DNA of 64,000 bases from an uncultured virus (IMG/VR IMGVR_UViG_3300021602_000281). Lineage: Duplodnaviria > Heunggongvirae > Uroviricota > Caudoviricetes. This document shows positions 7,178-17,121 of this stretch, in pieces. Positions within the stretch are counted from its first letter, which is position 1, and each line of letters opens with the position of its first letter. The notes under the pieces were generated by a model that saw only the letters and a program-made list of their open reading frames with translations, was not told the origin of the DNA and did not search any database. Position numbers and translations under genes: made by a program. The stretch is taken from the IMG/VR virus record IMGVR_UViG_3300021602_000281; one strand, given 5' to 3'.

Positions 7178-8749
7178 TTATCGGCGTTGTCTAAAGGATT
7201 CAAAATTTGCTCTTCGTTCGCGAACTGGCTGAGCAGGCGGAACTGTTTCTGGAGCAGGTGCAGGTGGTGGTGGTGCGGGTGGTGGTGGTGCGGCTGGAGC
7301 AGGTGCTACTGGTTTAGTGCTAACTGGAACTTTTAGTTCGGGAAACTGTTTAACCAAAATAGCATAAATCTTTTTATTATCAGATCCTTGCAAGGCTTCC
7401 CTTGCTACTACGTTGTAAATTTGCTCTATCACACCCTGGTTTTTAACACCACGGCGTGCCGATAAATCTTTAGCAAAATCCATACAACGATTCAAGAATT
7501 CAGCTTTACTAATGCGCGGCTTCTTTACTGGAGCATCGGGTTTTGCTTTTGTCCATTTTTCTTTTTCAGCTGCGGCTTTCTGGTCCGCGGCGGCTCTAGC
7601 ATTTGCTCCAAACGTAGTTGGTACTACTTCTAATTGTGGATATACACTTCGACCGGGATCTTTAATAGTAGACAGATAAAATGTGTTTGCATGAAAACGT
7701 AATTTTTCATTTGTTAACTCTTCAGCGGTCCTAAAATACATAAAATCTTTACGATTTAAATCTATTGCTAGTACACCGTCATCGTCTTTACTATCTATAT
7801 AATAATTAAAACTTGCCTGTGAGTATGCTTGTAAACCAGCAGTACTATTACCAGTCTGGATAGCCTTTATAATTTTAGCAACTGATGGTGTTTTTTTGCC
7901 GCCAAAGATTAAAGTAATAACACTGGTTAATAAACCAGTTAGCGTAGTTTGATCTTTTGACGGAATATTTTTGTATAACTCAATTGCTTTATTAAGATTT
8001 AAACCAGCAGTTGGATAACCTTTTGGATATAATTGTTGTATTGGGTATACATTACTACGTTCGCCGTGTTTGTTTTTAACAAAGTTATTAATGGCAATGG
8101 CAGCATTTTCGTAACCCTCTGCAGGGCGAACTTCTTGGTCGGCAAAACGGGCGGCTCCGCCTTGTGTAGTTTTAACTTCAACTTTAATCCACTGACCACC
8201 CGTGTATACCACTAGGTCGCCCTTCTTACTGTCATTGCCTTCTGTTTTAGCAACACTGATACTTTTGCTTAATACGTTTAATCCAAATTCGCCCTTGCCT
8301 TGGCCGAGTTGCTGTTCTTCCATAATATCATCAACTAATTCTTTAATCATTAAATTAGTAGTGTATCCGTTAAAAATATCTGCAAATGTATGACGCTTCT
8401 TGGATAGTAACATACCTATGTTAACAATCTTATTGGCTTTCCACATACGGAAAAGCTCTTCGCGCTCGGCTGGGGTTGAATTAATATTTAAAATATATTG
8501 TGCTAGGCGCTTTTGTGAGGCCATAACTGCTGGATCATTTATTTCTTCTAATTGGCCGTAAACCATTTGACGGAAACCACCAGCATGAATGTGCTTTAAT
8601 AATTCTTCAATTTCTTTAAGAGTTTTAGCTGTAGCATCATCGGCTGGTAATTCTTTAATTTTAGCAGCGATAATAGATTTAAAAGAATCAATTTGGTCGT
8701 TACTAGGGCTAAGGTCTTCTAATAGGTTTATTAAGTCACGCATTTTCAT
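7178..8749 (-). CDS. Hypothetical protein with PD-(D/E)XK nuclease-like core and Pro-rich tail
   Basis: GKGE...KGDL...KVEVKT motif order; PAPPPP tail; N-terminal MRDLINLLE. Confidence 0.5.
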   Translation of the reverse strand: MKMRDLINLLEDLSPSNDQIDSFKSIIAAKIKELPADDATAKTLKEIEELLKHIHAGGFRQMVYGQLEEINDPAVMASQKRLAQYILNINSTPAEREELFRMWKANKIVNIGMLLSKKRHTFADIFNGYTTNLMIKELVDDIMEEQQLGQGKGEFGLNVLSKSISVAKTEGNDSKKGDLVVYTGGQWIKVEVKTTQGGAARFADQEVRPAEGYENAAIAINNFVKNKHGERSNVYPIQQLYPKGYPTAGLNLNKAIELYKNIPSKDQTTLTGLLTSVITLIFGGKKTPSVAKIIKAIQTGNSTAGLQAYSQASFNYYIDSKDDDGVLAIDLNRKDFMYFRTAEELTNEKLRFHANTFYLSTIKDPGRSVYPQLEVVPTTFGANARAAADQKAAAEKEKWTKAKPDAPVKKPRISKAEFLNRCMDFAKDLSARRGVKNQGVIEQIYNVVAREALQGSDNKKIYAILVKQFPELKVPVSTKPVAPAPAAPPPPAPPPPAPAPETVPPAQPVRERRANFESFRQRR

Positions 8750-8759
8750 AGTAAAGTAT

Positions 8760-9500
8760 TTATCTCCGTTCTATATCATCTTCGTCACACCGCATGCCAT
8801 ATTGTATTTCCACTATTTTGCAAGGTTCTTTAAAAGGATTGTACAGTCTATGCCAATGGTTATTGGGCACATATTGGAACTGATGCATAATACGTGCTTG
8901 TTCACCGTCCCCAAAATCAACTACACAAGATCCGTTTGTAATAAACCACATTTCGCTACGATCTGCGTGTCGTTGCATACTCAGTGTTTTCCCCGGCATG
9001 ACTATAAGCTCTTTAACTTTGGTGCCTTCTACCTCATGTAATACACGGTAATATCCCCAAGGGCGTATGGTCTTGGGTGCTTTCCACTCCTCTAGGATCC
9101 AACTACTACTGTTGGCTTTGTTTGTTCCACCAACCCCAAACACAAACTCAATTCGTATATCTTCAAACTGCATTTCTGGAATGTTTGTGTTTGTACGGTC
9201 GCCGCCGTTTGCAAATATTATATCAGCTGATGGATATAACATCCTAACATTTTTGATAGCTTCAATTGCCGAATCATCATTGTCGTTAAACAATATACAA
9301 TGATCCACAACTTTGAGATTTTGAACTACATCTATACGTTCACCTGCCGGCATAAATGCACGACCTTTTTTACGCCCAAGCCAGCTGTCTGAATTGATCC
9401 CCACTATCAGTTTATCGCCCAATGCTTTGGCCGCTGTTAAGTATTCAATATGGCCGCTGTGCAATGGGTCAAAGCCACCGGTGCAAAGTACTATTTTCAT
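8760..9500 (-). CDS. Cytidylyltransferase-like domain fused to mannose-6-phosphate isomerase cupin
   Basis: GGFDPLHSGH (HxGH) and ANGGDR; RPWG.Y..LSMQRH..RSE.W..WHRL.N..IVEIQYG..EDDIER. Confidence 0.88.
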   Translation of the reverse strand: MKIVLCTGGFDPLHSGHIEYLTAAKALGDKLIVGINSDSWLGRKKGRAFMPAGERIDVVQNLKVVDHCILFNDNDDSAIEAIKNVRMLYPSADIIFANGGDRTNTNIPEMQFEDIRIEFVFGVGGTNKANSSSWILEEWKAPKTIRPWGYYRVLHEVEGTKVKELIVMPGKTLSMQRHADRSEMWFITNGSCVVDFGDGEQARIMHQFQYVPNNHWHRLYNPFKEPCKIVEIQYGMRCDEDDIERR

Positions 9501-10252
9501 TAATTAGTTATTTGGTATAAGTTTTTATCAAACCAGCTTACAACTACATCCTCTAAACGAGCATACCCATATTTGTTTACGCTGTTTATAACGCTGTCAT
9601 TAATTAACTGTCTCTCTGCTAAATCGTACCAAGTTGGGTTGGGTGGCAGTGGCTCGTGTTGGCTAGCATAAACTCCAGCATATAACCATGGGCTATTTTC
9701 TTTTCGATAGAAGTATGCATCGCGACAATCAAATCCACTGATAGCAAGTATATACATTAAATTTAATATGTTATAACTATGATACTGGTGGCTATAATTT
9801 GATACCACCAATCTGTTATTATACATATATGTTGTTTGTGGTACTGTTAACATTAGCATACCATTGACATTTAATGTTTGGCGCCAACCACGTAAACAAA
9901 GAAACGGATCCGCGGCATATTGGAAGCTGTCATGACTCCATATTAAGTCTACGTTTGTGGGCACAACTCTTTCACAAAAGTTACCTTCAATTGGGATAAC
10001 ATTGCTCATTGCCGCGATGTCTGGTTCTAATTGTTTAATGTCGCTATCAACTGCATATATTTTAATGTTGCGTGGCTCCGGCGGATCATCACGGGTACAT
10101 AATGTTGCCCACCAATTAACATCTAGGCCGTCACCGCACCCCATATCGGCTATTGATGTTATTCCATCTAAGAACGAATCATATCCATAGATAACATTTA
10201 AAACTTCTAAGCTATGGTCATGACTTGCATGTGAGTTTTTAAATAGTGCCAT
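9500..10252 (-). CDS. Class I SAM-dependent methyltransferase
   Basis: IADMGCGDG motif I; DLIWSHD; NGML.LTVP. Confidence 0.8.
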   Translation of the reverse strand: MALFKNSHASHDHSLEVLNVIYGYDSFLDGITSIADMGCGDGLDVNWWATLCTRDDPPEPRNIKIYAVDSDIKQLEPDIAAMSNVIPIEGNFCERVVPTNVDLIWSHDSFQYAADPFLCLRGWRQTLNVNGMLMLTVPQTTYMYNNRLVVSNYSHQYHSYNILNLMYILAISGFDCRDAYFYRKENSPWLYAGVYASQHEPLPPNPTWYDLAERQLINDSVINSVNKYGYARLEDVVVSWFDKNLYQITN

Positions 10253-10487
10253 GTAAAATATCCATTACTACTTTTTCTTTAAATTGTTTTAACCTAGGTT
10301 CTAATTGATAGTATGCTTCTGCTATTTCAGCATCCGTTCCCCAAGATCTCTGTGTTGCTAAATGATACGCAAATGGCTGGCAACGTGTTTTTGCCAATTC
10401 AACTTCTACTGGATTATCGCAAGGCTTTGCCTTACAGCATAAATCAAATTCATCTAGTAGTTTGTTGGCTTTTTCTTTCCAGTCCAT
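10239..10487 (-). CDS. Hypothetical protein
   Basis: 82-aa ORF translationally coupled on both sides. Confidence 0.7.
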   Translation of the reverse strand: MDWKEKANKLLDEFDLCCKAKPCDNPVEVELAKTRCQPFAYHLATQRSWGTDAEIAEAYYQLEPRLKQFKEKVVMDILHGTI

Positions 10488-10939
10488 TACACCACCACAT
10501 CTTCCATTCCTGCTGTGCGTAATCTAACCACGTGCCCAAGCATGAAATTTTTACTTTCAATGCCTTTCATTACCCCCAACCATTTATTACGTACTAGAGC
10601 CACTTCATTGATAATTGTTTCAAAGTCGATTACTTCATCTTCACCATCAACGTATTTTTCGGCATCTCGACTTGTAAGTGCTCTAGCGTATGCTTCTAAA
10701 TACTTTTGAAAATGTTTACGTCTTATTTTACGTAGTTGGATATTAAGATATTCCAATACCGCTTCAATTTCTTGTAATTGATTAAATCGTTGTTCTGTCA
10801 GCCCCGGCAAGTTTGCTAAACTTTTTTCAACATTGCCAGCAATCTTAATTTCTGACCTGGCTATATTTAATTCTTGTTCATAATAATTAATGAAGTCTGG
10901 AATTTTTCCTAGGTCGCTTACTACTTTATTATACCACAT
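10487..10939 (-). CDS. uvsY: UvsY-like recombination mediator
   Basis: Helical 150 aa, DAEKYVDGE, C-terminal LRTAG, located near uvsX. Confidence 0.7.
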   Translation of the reverse strand: MWYNKVVSDLGKIPDFINYYEQELNIARSEIKIAGNVEKSLANLPGLTEQRFNQLQEIEAVLEYLNIQLRKIRRKHFQKYLEAYARALTSRDAEKYVDGEDEVIDFETIINEVALVRNKWLGVMKGIESKNFMLGHVVRLRTAGMEDVVV

Positions 10940-12140
10940 TGTTTATCTCCAGCCAAGTTAAGAATGTTTGTGGAAATATACTTAATGTTAAATTGGCGCG
11001 GCGGCGTACAAACTCAAGTAAAAACTCTCGTATCTGTATACGTTGTTCTTCTGTGGGAGTTGCTTTAATTGAATCTAAAATCATCGCTTGTACATTTGCT
11101 GGTAAATTGACTATGTTGGTCCGCACCTGTTCCTTACTAGCAGGATCTAGTACGTATGGCGCCATCATAGTGGGGCTGTATGCAAATGTTGGTATAATTT
11201 TGGTTCCTTTAAATCTTTCGTAAAATCTATGGAAATCAAATAACGTTAAATTAGTCAAGGTACATTGAAATGCTAATTGTACACTACTTTGCTTCAATAA
11301 ATCAACCTTATCTAAAAACTCTTGCCATTTGTTTCCGTAACGGTTAAACTCTAAAAACTCTTCAGTACATTCTGCGCTAACAACAATTAATACATTATCG
11401 AGTTGTTCCAGCTCATATATAATTTTTTCAAATCTATTAAAATTAACACCCAACCCAGTATATATTTCAATTACTGCATCGGGGTTTAAGTTTAAATCTT
11501 TTAATGTCTGTACTAACGAATTATCTAAAAACGGTTCACCACCAGTGATAGTTAATTGTTTCAGCGTTGATGCTACCAACGCCACTTCGTTTAACAACAA
11601 TTGATAATGCTTTGTAGACTTTAATGTTCCTTGACTAATTTGCAATAATACTTGATCTTTACTTGTTGCTTGATACTGTGCGTCTTGCAACGGATAATCA
11701 CCGTTGTTAACAATGTCCCTACGCCAACTACTACTAAACTCTTTACAGCAATACGAACATGTTAAGTTACAATCTCCGTTTATGGTTAAATCTACAAACT
11801 CAGGCCTTGGTTTAACATCTGTGTGCGTTCTTGCTGTGCCGCATTGCTCTAGTCTAGGGCTAATTGCACCGCGGTCTTCGGCATGCCAACAATTCTGTTC
11901 GCAACTTGCATTACGTACATTATCCAACATTTGTTGACGTTCTTGAACATTGACATCTGTATTAAATATATGCCCTGGATGTTCTTTTAACCAATCAAAA
12001 TCTACTGCATGTGGTTTAGCCGCATGACAGTTATATGTCATCTTAGACTCTAAATCAATCTTAAGAAACTTAAATTTCATTGAACAATAATAACTTCTAT
12101 CCGAAGGTTGTTCACTATGAATTTTAATAACTTCGGTCAT
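10929..12140 (-). CDS. Radical SAM protein
   Basis: CNLTCSYC..SSSW; ITGGEPF; extra N-terminal Cys cluster. Confidence 0.9.
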   Translation of the reverse strand: MTEVIKIHSEQPSDRSYYCSMKFKFLKIDLESKMTYNCHAAKPHAVDFDWLKEHPGHIFNTDVNVQERQQMLDNVRNASCEQNCWHAEDRGAISPRLEQCGTARTHTDVKPRPEFVDLTINGDCNLTCSYCCKEFSSSWRRDIVNNGDYPLQDAQYQATSKDQVLLQISQGTLKSTKHYQLLLNEVALVASTLKQLTITGGEPFLDNSLVQTLKDLNLNPDAVIEIYTGLGVNFNRFEKIIYELEQLDNVLIVVSAECTEEFLEFNRYGNKWQEFLDKVDLLKQSSVQLAFQCTLTNLTLFDFHRFYERFKGTKIIPTFAYSPTMMAPYVLDPASKEQVRTNIVNLPANVQAMILDSIKATPTEEQRIQIREFLLEFVRRRANLTLSIFPQTFLTWLEINNVV

Positions 12141-12367
12141 TACTCCTCAGACTCGTCTTCGTCTTCGTCCACGTCTTCTTCCACATACTCCTTAAGGGCG
12201 CGAGTTAATACGCTATCGGTGCCACCAAACTCTTTAAGTTCTTGGTCTCCTAGCATATCAACCATTACACTCATTAAGTTGTCAGCGGCTTCTTGGCGAT
12301 CTTTTTGCGGAATATATTGCTTTAAGATAGTATACAATTCGCTTAAAACTTCAACATCAATGTTCAT
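12140..12367 (-). CDS. Small hypothetical protein with acidic tail
   Basis: 75 aa, coupled to uvsX. Confidence 0.7.
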   Translation of the reverse strand: MNIDVEVLSELYTILKQYIPQKDRQEAADNLMSVMVDMLGDQELKEFGGTDSVLTRALKEYVEEDVDEDEDESEE

Positions 12368-13431
12368 TCTACTGTTTCCTCTTCAGGTTCGACTACTACA
12401 GTTGCATGATGTGGATTTGCAGTGAAGTCTGCCATTACTTTATCCAATGACTCATTTTCATTGCGATCCCATGCCTTACGGAATTGCTTAATAACTGTAC
12501 CATTTGTCAATGTGTATTTAAGGCTGTTGCCTTCTTTTGCCAATAAACCTTTGCCTTCAAACAAGTCAACTAAGCCACTGTACGGGTTCATGCCTTCTTC
12601 ATACGGAATCTTAACTTGTACAGATTCAAATGGTTTAGCATAGCGTGTTTTCATAATCTTACAGGCGGCGCGGATACCATTTACTGTGGTGGTTTTGTTA
12701 CCATCTTCGTCTTCTTTGAGTTTAAGTTTACGCATAGCAACAACAATACTTGATGCATAGATAAAGCCCTGTCCGCCCGAGATCTTATCATCTGGATCAA
12801 ACATATCTTGGCTAGCGTATGTGTGTGCTGTACATACTAAACCTAGATTTAAGTTACCAAACATATTAACGCAATTACGCACCAATGCCGCAAGTGCTTT
12901 AGGCTTACGACCCATGTCGCCTTTCATATCGCCTGCTTCAAACTGGTTAACGTCTGTTGGAGTTAGCAACATACCCAACGAGTCAACAACAAACAAAACT
13001 TTGGGACGTTGTTCTTCGGGCATAAGTTTGTATTCTTTAACAAACTCACTTACCATCTTTGCAACATCGTCAATCATGGCCATATTAAGTTTAAGTAGCT
13101 TATCTTCGCTAGTATCAACACCGAGTGCGTGTAGCCACTTTTCATCCAAAGCGTTTTCTGTATCAATCAGAATAACATAGATGCCTGCGTCTTGTGCATT
13201 TTTTACCAGGTTACCCGAACAGATAAAACTCTTGCCTGCTCCGGACTCTCCGGCAAATACAGTTACCTTACCAAGTGGTACACCTTTATTAAAGTCTCCG
13301 CTAATAAGATAATTCAATGCATAGTTGTTGGTACTAATCCAATCAGTTGGGTCATTAAACCCAACGCTAATACCGTCAATTGCTTTGGTGATACTTTTTC
13401 TAAATTTACTTACGTCAAATGGTTTTCCCAT
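12364..13431 (-). CDS. uvsX: RecA/UvsX recombinase
   Basis: Walker A GESGAGKS, IDTENALD, VVDSLG, SGGQG. Confidence 0.95.
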   Translation of the reverse strand: MGKPFDVSKFRKSITKAIDGISVGFNDPTDWISTNNYALNYLISGDFNKGVPLGKVTVFAGESGAGKSFICSGNLVKNAQDAGIYVILIDTENALDEKWLHALGVDTSEDKLLKLNMAMIDDVAKMVSEFVKEYKLMPEEQRPKVLFVVDSLGMLLTPTDVNQFEAGDMKGDMGRKPKALAALVRNCVNMFGNLNLGLVCTAHTYASQDMFDPDDKISGGQGFIYASSIVVAMRKLKLKEDEDGNKTTTVNGIRAACKIMKTRYAKPFESVQVKIPYEEGMNPYSGLVDLFEGKGLLAKEGNSLKYTLTNGTVIKQFRKAWDRNENESLDKVMADFTANPHHATVVVEPEEETVE

Positions 13432-13433
13432 GA

Positions 13434-14210
13434 TTATTCCTTATTGATTTGTATATAGTTTTGCTCTATGTTACTGTTAGTATAAAACATTTTTCTCGCT
13501 TTGTCTACATCTTCGAAATTACCAATTGGTAACACATTACCAACCACTTCAATGTTATGCATATTACAAAAATCTACATAACTCTTAGGCGGTTCTTCTT
13601 TGAAAGCTCTTCCTAAATGAAATTCCAATGTACCAGTTAAATCTATATAGTTACTGGTATCATTTTTAGAAAAATTAGTATCAAAGGCTAACCATTTATG
13701 ATAATGGCTTTTTCCAAGGTCTTCGTAAAACATGCTAACATTCCACTTACCAAATGACAATACACTGGTACCAAATTTATTTGGGGCTCGCCAGTTAGAT
13801 GAGTATTGAACTACTTTGATTTTTTCAATGTTGTGTGAGCCATTGTTTATATAATCAAATTCAGCCAATGCACCAGGTGCATTGTTAGAGAAAAACATCC
13901 ACATTTTTTTCTCTGCACACAAATATGTCCAGTGATTGTGTACTTCGTTTAATGTTGCATACAAAGACATATCTTCTAGCGTGTAGGTTTTAAATTTATC
14001 AATTTTAAGTTTTTCTAGATATGCATTAACTATTTCAATTGCATGTACTAGTCGTATTGCGTTTCGATTGATTATTTCGTGGAATGCTGTTATTTTAGAT
14101 AATGTTGTTACGCCTGCTTGAGACATTTGATCAAACCAATGATCCACAAACTGTTGATTTTCAACTTCAACATTAAGTGTATCACCAGTTTTAGACCAAA
14201 CAAGTTTCAT
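13434..14210 (-). CDS. Hypothetical protein
   Basis: 258-aa ORF in operon. Confidence 0.75.
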   Translation of the reverse strand: MKLVWSKTGDTLNVEVENQQFVDHWFDQMSQAGVTTLSKITAFHEIINRNAIRLVHAIEIVNAYLEKLKIDKFKTYTLEDMSLYATLNEVHNHWTYLCAEKKMWMFFSNNAPGALAEFDYINNGSHNIEKIKVVQYSSNWRAPNKFGTSVLSFGKWNVSMFYEDLGKSHYHKWLAFDTNFSKNDTSNYIDLTGTLEFHLGRAFKEEPPKSYVDFCNMHNIEVVGNVLPIGNFEDVDKARKMFYTNSNIEQNYIQINKE

Positions 14211-14220
14211 TAGAACTTTA

Positions 14221-14409
14221 TTATTTTGCAGCCAATGCTTCTTTTTCTGCCGTGATTTCTTTACGGCGTTCTTTGATGGCTTTGCTCATCTCTTGCAATG
14301 CTTTACGAGCACGGGCGGCTGATGCTTTAACTCCCTTGGCTGTAAATTTTTCATTCTCTGCTTGATATGTGGCAAATGCTGTTACTAGTTGATCGTGTTG
14401 TTGTGACAT
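14221..14409 (-). CDS. Histone H1-like (Hc1 family) DNA-binding protein
   Basis: EKF..KGVKASAARARKAL.E..K..KERRKE pattern typical of Hc1-like proteins. Confidence 0.7.
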   Translation of the reverse strand: MSQQHDQLVTAFATYQAENEKFTAKGVKASAARARKALQEMSKAIKERRKEITAEKEALAAK

Positions 14410-14447
14410 GTTAATTCCTTTTATGTGATTATAGAGATATAGAAGAA

Positions 14448-14471
14448 GGTTAGAGACCTAAGTCTCTAACC
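14448..14471 (-). terminator. Hairpin after gp32 (terminator or stability element)
   Basis: Perfect 10-bp inverted repeat GGTTAGAGAC/GTCTCTAACC, weak U tract. Confidence 0.55.
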
Positions 14472-14479
14472 ATTGCTTA

Positions 14480-15490
14480 CTATTGTTGCTTTTGACGGCT
14501 ACGGATCATTGCCAAAATATCTTCAGCTTTTTGGCTGGAAGGTTTTGGCGTTGCGACCGGTGCTGTAGGAGTCACTGATGCTGGCTCATCTACATCAAAC
14601 GGTACTTCATCTTCTGTAACAGTAGTTGCTACTGGTGCTGAAGAAGCAGCTGGTGCTGAAGAAGCGGCTGGTGCTGATTGTGTAGCTGTAGTTTGCAAAC
14701 CATAGGGCTTGTAATACGCACCCCATTTGTCTGCATCATACGGTTGACCGTCAACTGACGCTTCGAACATTTCCTTCATAACCTTAAGTTCAACGTCACT
14801 TGGCTTCTTGGGCAAGAAGTCGCCTAAGTTAAACAAACCATGCTTCTCAATTGCCGCGGCTTCAGCTTCGGTAAGAGAGTTTTCCTTACGAGCCCATGTG
14901 CTTGTGCTGTAATCAGCATAACCACCTTTGCTAGTTTTCTTAACAGTAAAGTCAAGACCGGCTGCATAGTCGGTTGGGAGGTTTTCCATTTCTGGATCCA
15001 TTAGCGCATTTTTAACAAGGTTAAAAATCTGTGGGCTAATAATGAAACGACGGATTGGATTTTCCGGAGTCTTATCATCGCTCAATGGGTTTTCACGAAC
15101 AAAGCCTTGGAACAAGTATGAACGCTTTTTCCAGTACTTACGACCCATTTCTTCCATGCTTGGTTCTTTAAACCATGTACGAACTTCTGCAAGGATTGGG
15201 CAAGGTTCGCCTGTTCCGTACATTTCAATACAAGGTACTTGAACAATAACTTGCTTACTGTCTGACTGGCCTTTGACGCCAGCAAACGGTAATTTAATCA
15301 TTGCACGTTCAACCCAAAAGAAAGAATTCTTTGGATTGGCGTCTGGGAGGAAACGGAGTTTTGCTGTGGTGCCCTCTGCGATATTCCAGTGAGCGTAAAT
15401 GGCGTTGTCGCCACCTGATTGTGAGTCGCCGCTTTTGCGGGTGTCTTGCGATTGCAGTTTTGCGCGGATTTCCGCTAATGTCATGGCCAT
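14480..15490 (-). CDS. gp32: Single-stranded DNA-binding protein (T4 gp32-like)
   Basis: LRFLPD, CPI, DF..KK..KGGYADY..S, acidic/low-complexity C-terminal tail. Confidence 0.88.
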   Translation of the reverse strand: MAMTLAEIRAKLQSQDTRKSGDSQSGGDNAIYAHWNIAEGTTAKLRFLPDANPKNSFFWVERAMIKLPFAGVKGQSDSKQVIVQVPCIEMYGTGEPCPILAEVRTWFKEPSMEEMGRKYWKKRSYLFQGFVRENPLSDDKTPENPIRRFIISPQIFNLVKNALMDPEMENLPTDYAAGLDFTVKKTSKGGYADYSTSTWARKENSLTEAEAAAIEKHGLFNLGDFLPKKPSDVELKVMKEMFEASVDGQPYDADKWGAYYKPYGLQTTATQSAPAASSAPAASSAPVATTVTEDEVPFDVDEPASVTPTAPVATPKPSSQKAEDILAMIRSRQKQQ

Positions 15491-15557
15491 GATGTTTTTC
15501 CTTTATAAAATTAAGATGGTCTTTAAATGTGCCTAATCGTATATTAGCACAGTTGCT

Positions 15558-15587
15558 AGTATACGATAATAGTATTTAGCTTGTCAA
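15558..15587 (-). promoter_or_regulatory. sigma70-like promoter of gp32 operon
   Basis: TTGACA-18 nt-TATACT with TAAATA in the spacer. Confidence 0.65.
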
Positions 15588-15589
15588 AG

Positions 15590-15615
15590 AAAAAGGCACA
15601 AATTTTGTGCCTTTT
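15590..15615. terminator. Intrinsic terminator (potentially bidirectional)
   Basis: AAAAGGCACAA-ATT-TTGTGCCTTTT. Confidence 0.75.
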
Positions 15616-15633
15616 GGTTGAATGCGTTTCGTG

Positions 15634-17100
15634 TTATCTTTTTAATCCGGCCAAGCTACGGATAAAATCTAAACTGTCAATTGATTCAATTACAGGTTCA
15701 TCCATTGTAGTAGCGCCATATTCTGGTGATGGATCTTGTTGTGGACTAACTTGTGGTGCAAAGTTTGTTTGAGCATCACTTCCGTTATTCTGTCCAATTT
15801 CAAGTTGACTTGCAATGTCTGGCATATTTGTGTCAAGCCATTGTTTAACAAGTGTACGACAATCAAAATCTGGGCCTTGACCACTTGACGAATCTGAGTA
15901 AGCGTAAATATCATCAAACAATTTTTCATCGCCAATGATTGGTTCTAACTTGGTTGTTGCATCAATACCATCAATACCAGCTGTCAATGGTGTTTTCATT
16001 AATTCTTGTAAAGCTCGTATTTTTTCTTCGTTATCCGGAGTTGCCCACGTACCTTCAGTTACGGTATCTGCCCATTCTTCTAATTCTGTGCCAAGTTGTC
16101 CAGCAGCTTCTGCCTTATATTTCTTGTATGCTTTGTATACCATCGGAAGTGCTTCGGTAAAACGATCATCGTAGATCTTTTTAACAAAACGTTCACGCAA
16201 TGCGTCCACATCAACATCTTCTTCAAACGGAGCGTCTGGAGTAAACGAATCTGCAAATGTTTGATAATGAGACTTACTTGCTAAGTGCTTTAATTTTTGT
16301 TTAAGTTGTGTATGGTGTTGGATAGCGGCTTGCGTCATATCCGATGTTTCTTGATCTTCAAATTGTCGTTTACCAGCGATTCGAACAAAACGGCTCATTG
16401 CACTCATTTCAGTGACTAAGCCACCAATGTGTTCTGCAATCTCATCATGCATTTGACCACCATTATTTAAATGCTCAGCCATTGCACGGGCACCATGTAA
16501 GTTAGTATGCCCCAATAGGAAACGCTCGCCGCGTTCTGTTTCTAAGAAAATTTCTTTGATTCTACGAGCACGGCTTCCGCGAATTTCATCGTTTACTTTG
16601 TCTTCGTGACGGATTAAAATTTTAGTGTTGCCTTGGTCGCTAAAACTATTGTAAGGTCTACCTGGTGTGCCATAAAGTCTGCTTTCAATTACCGGTGTAT
16701 CAGCTGTTGTAGCGACGTCATCTACTTTTGCCTGTTGTTTTACATCTTTAATGTCTAAATTAGATTTATTAATATCGCGTGTATCAAATGTTAGTAAGTT
16801 GCGTTTTGCAAATAGTCTTAAGTTGCGTAAAAATTCGTACCATTCTTTGCGTTGTTCGCGGTCCATTTGCCCTGAGATGTTTTGCCCAAAATATACTTTT
16901 AAACTTGTCTCATCAATTAAACTTATTGTTACTGTGCCAAATTCTGCGCCATCTTCTCCCGAGTATGTAAAGTTAAAAAACCGTGCTCTTTCGGGGTCTT
17001 GTTCAGCCTGTGCTTTTTCGTCGCCAAGGGTTACGTTGGCAAACCTTGAACGTATTTTATCAAATAATGCTGATGCTATGGATTCGATTTCTTTAGACAT
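15634..17100 (-). CDS. Hypothetical protein, putative head/internal protein
   Basis: 488 aa, acidic, ends IRSLAGLKR like the scaffold; late-type promoter. Confidence 0.7.
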   Translation of the reverse strand: MSKEIESIASALFDKIRSRFANVTLGDEKAQAEQDPERARFFNFTYSGEDGAEFGTVTISLIDETSLKVYFGQNISGQMDREQRKEWYEFLRNLRLFAKRNLLTFDTRDINKSNLDIKDVKQQAKVDDVATTADTPVIESRLYGTPGRPYNSFSDQGNTKILIRHEDKVNDEIRGSRARRIKEIFLETERGERFLLGHTNLHGARAMAEHLNNGGQMHDEIAEHIGGLVTEMSAMSRFVRIAGKRQFEDQETSDMTQAAIQHHTQLKQKLKHLASKSHYQTFADSFTPDAPFEEDVDVDALRERFVKKIYDDRFTEALPMVYKAYKKYKAEAAGQLGTELEEWADTVTEGTWATPDNEEKIRALQELMKTPLTAGIDGIDATTKLEPIIGDEKLFDDIYAYSDSSSGQGPDFDCRTLVKQWLDTNMPDIASQLEIGQNNGSDAQTNFAPQVSPQQDPSPEYGATTMDEPVIESIDSLDFIRSLAGLKR

Positions 17101-17121
17101 ATAGCTATTTAGCTGTAATTA

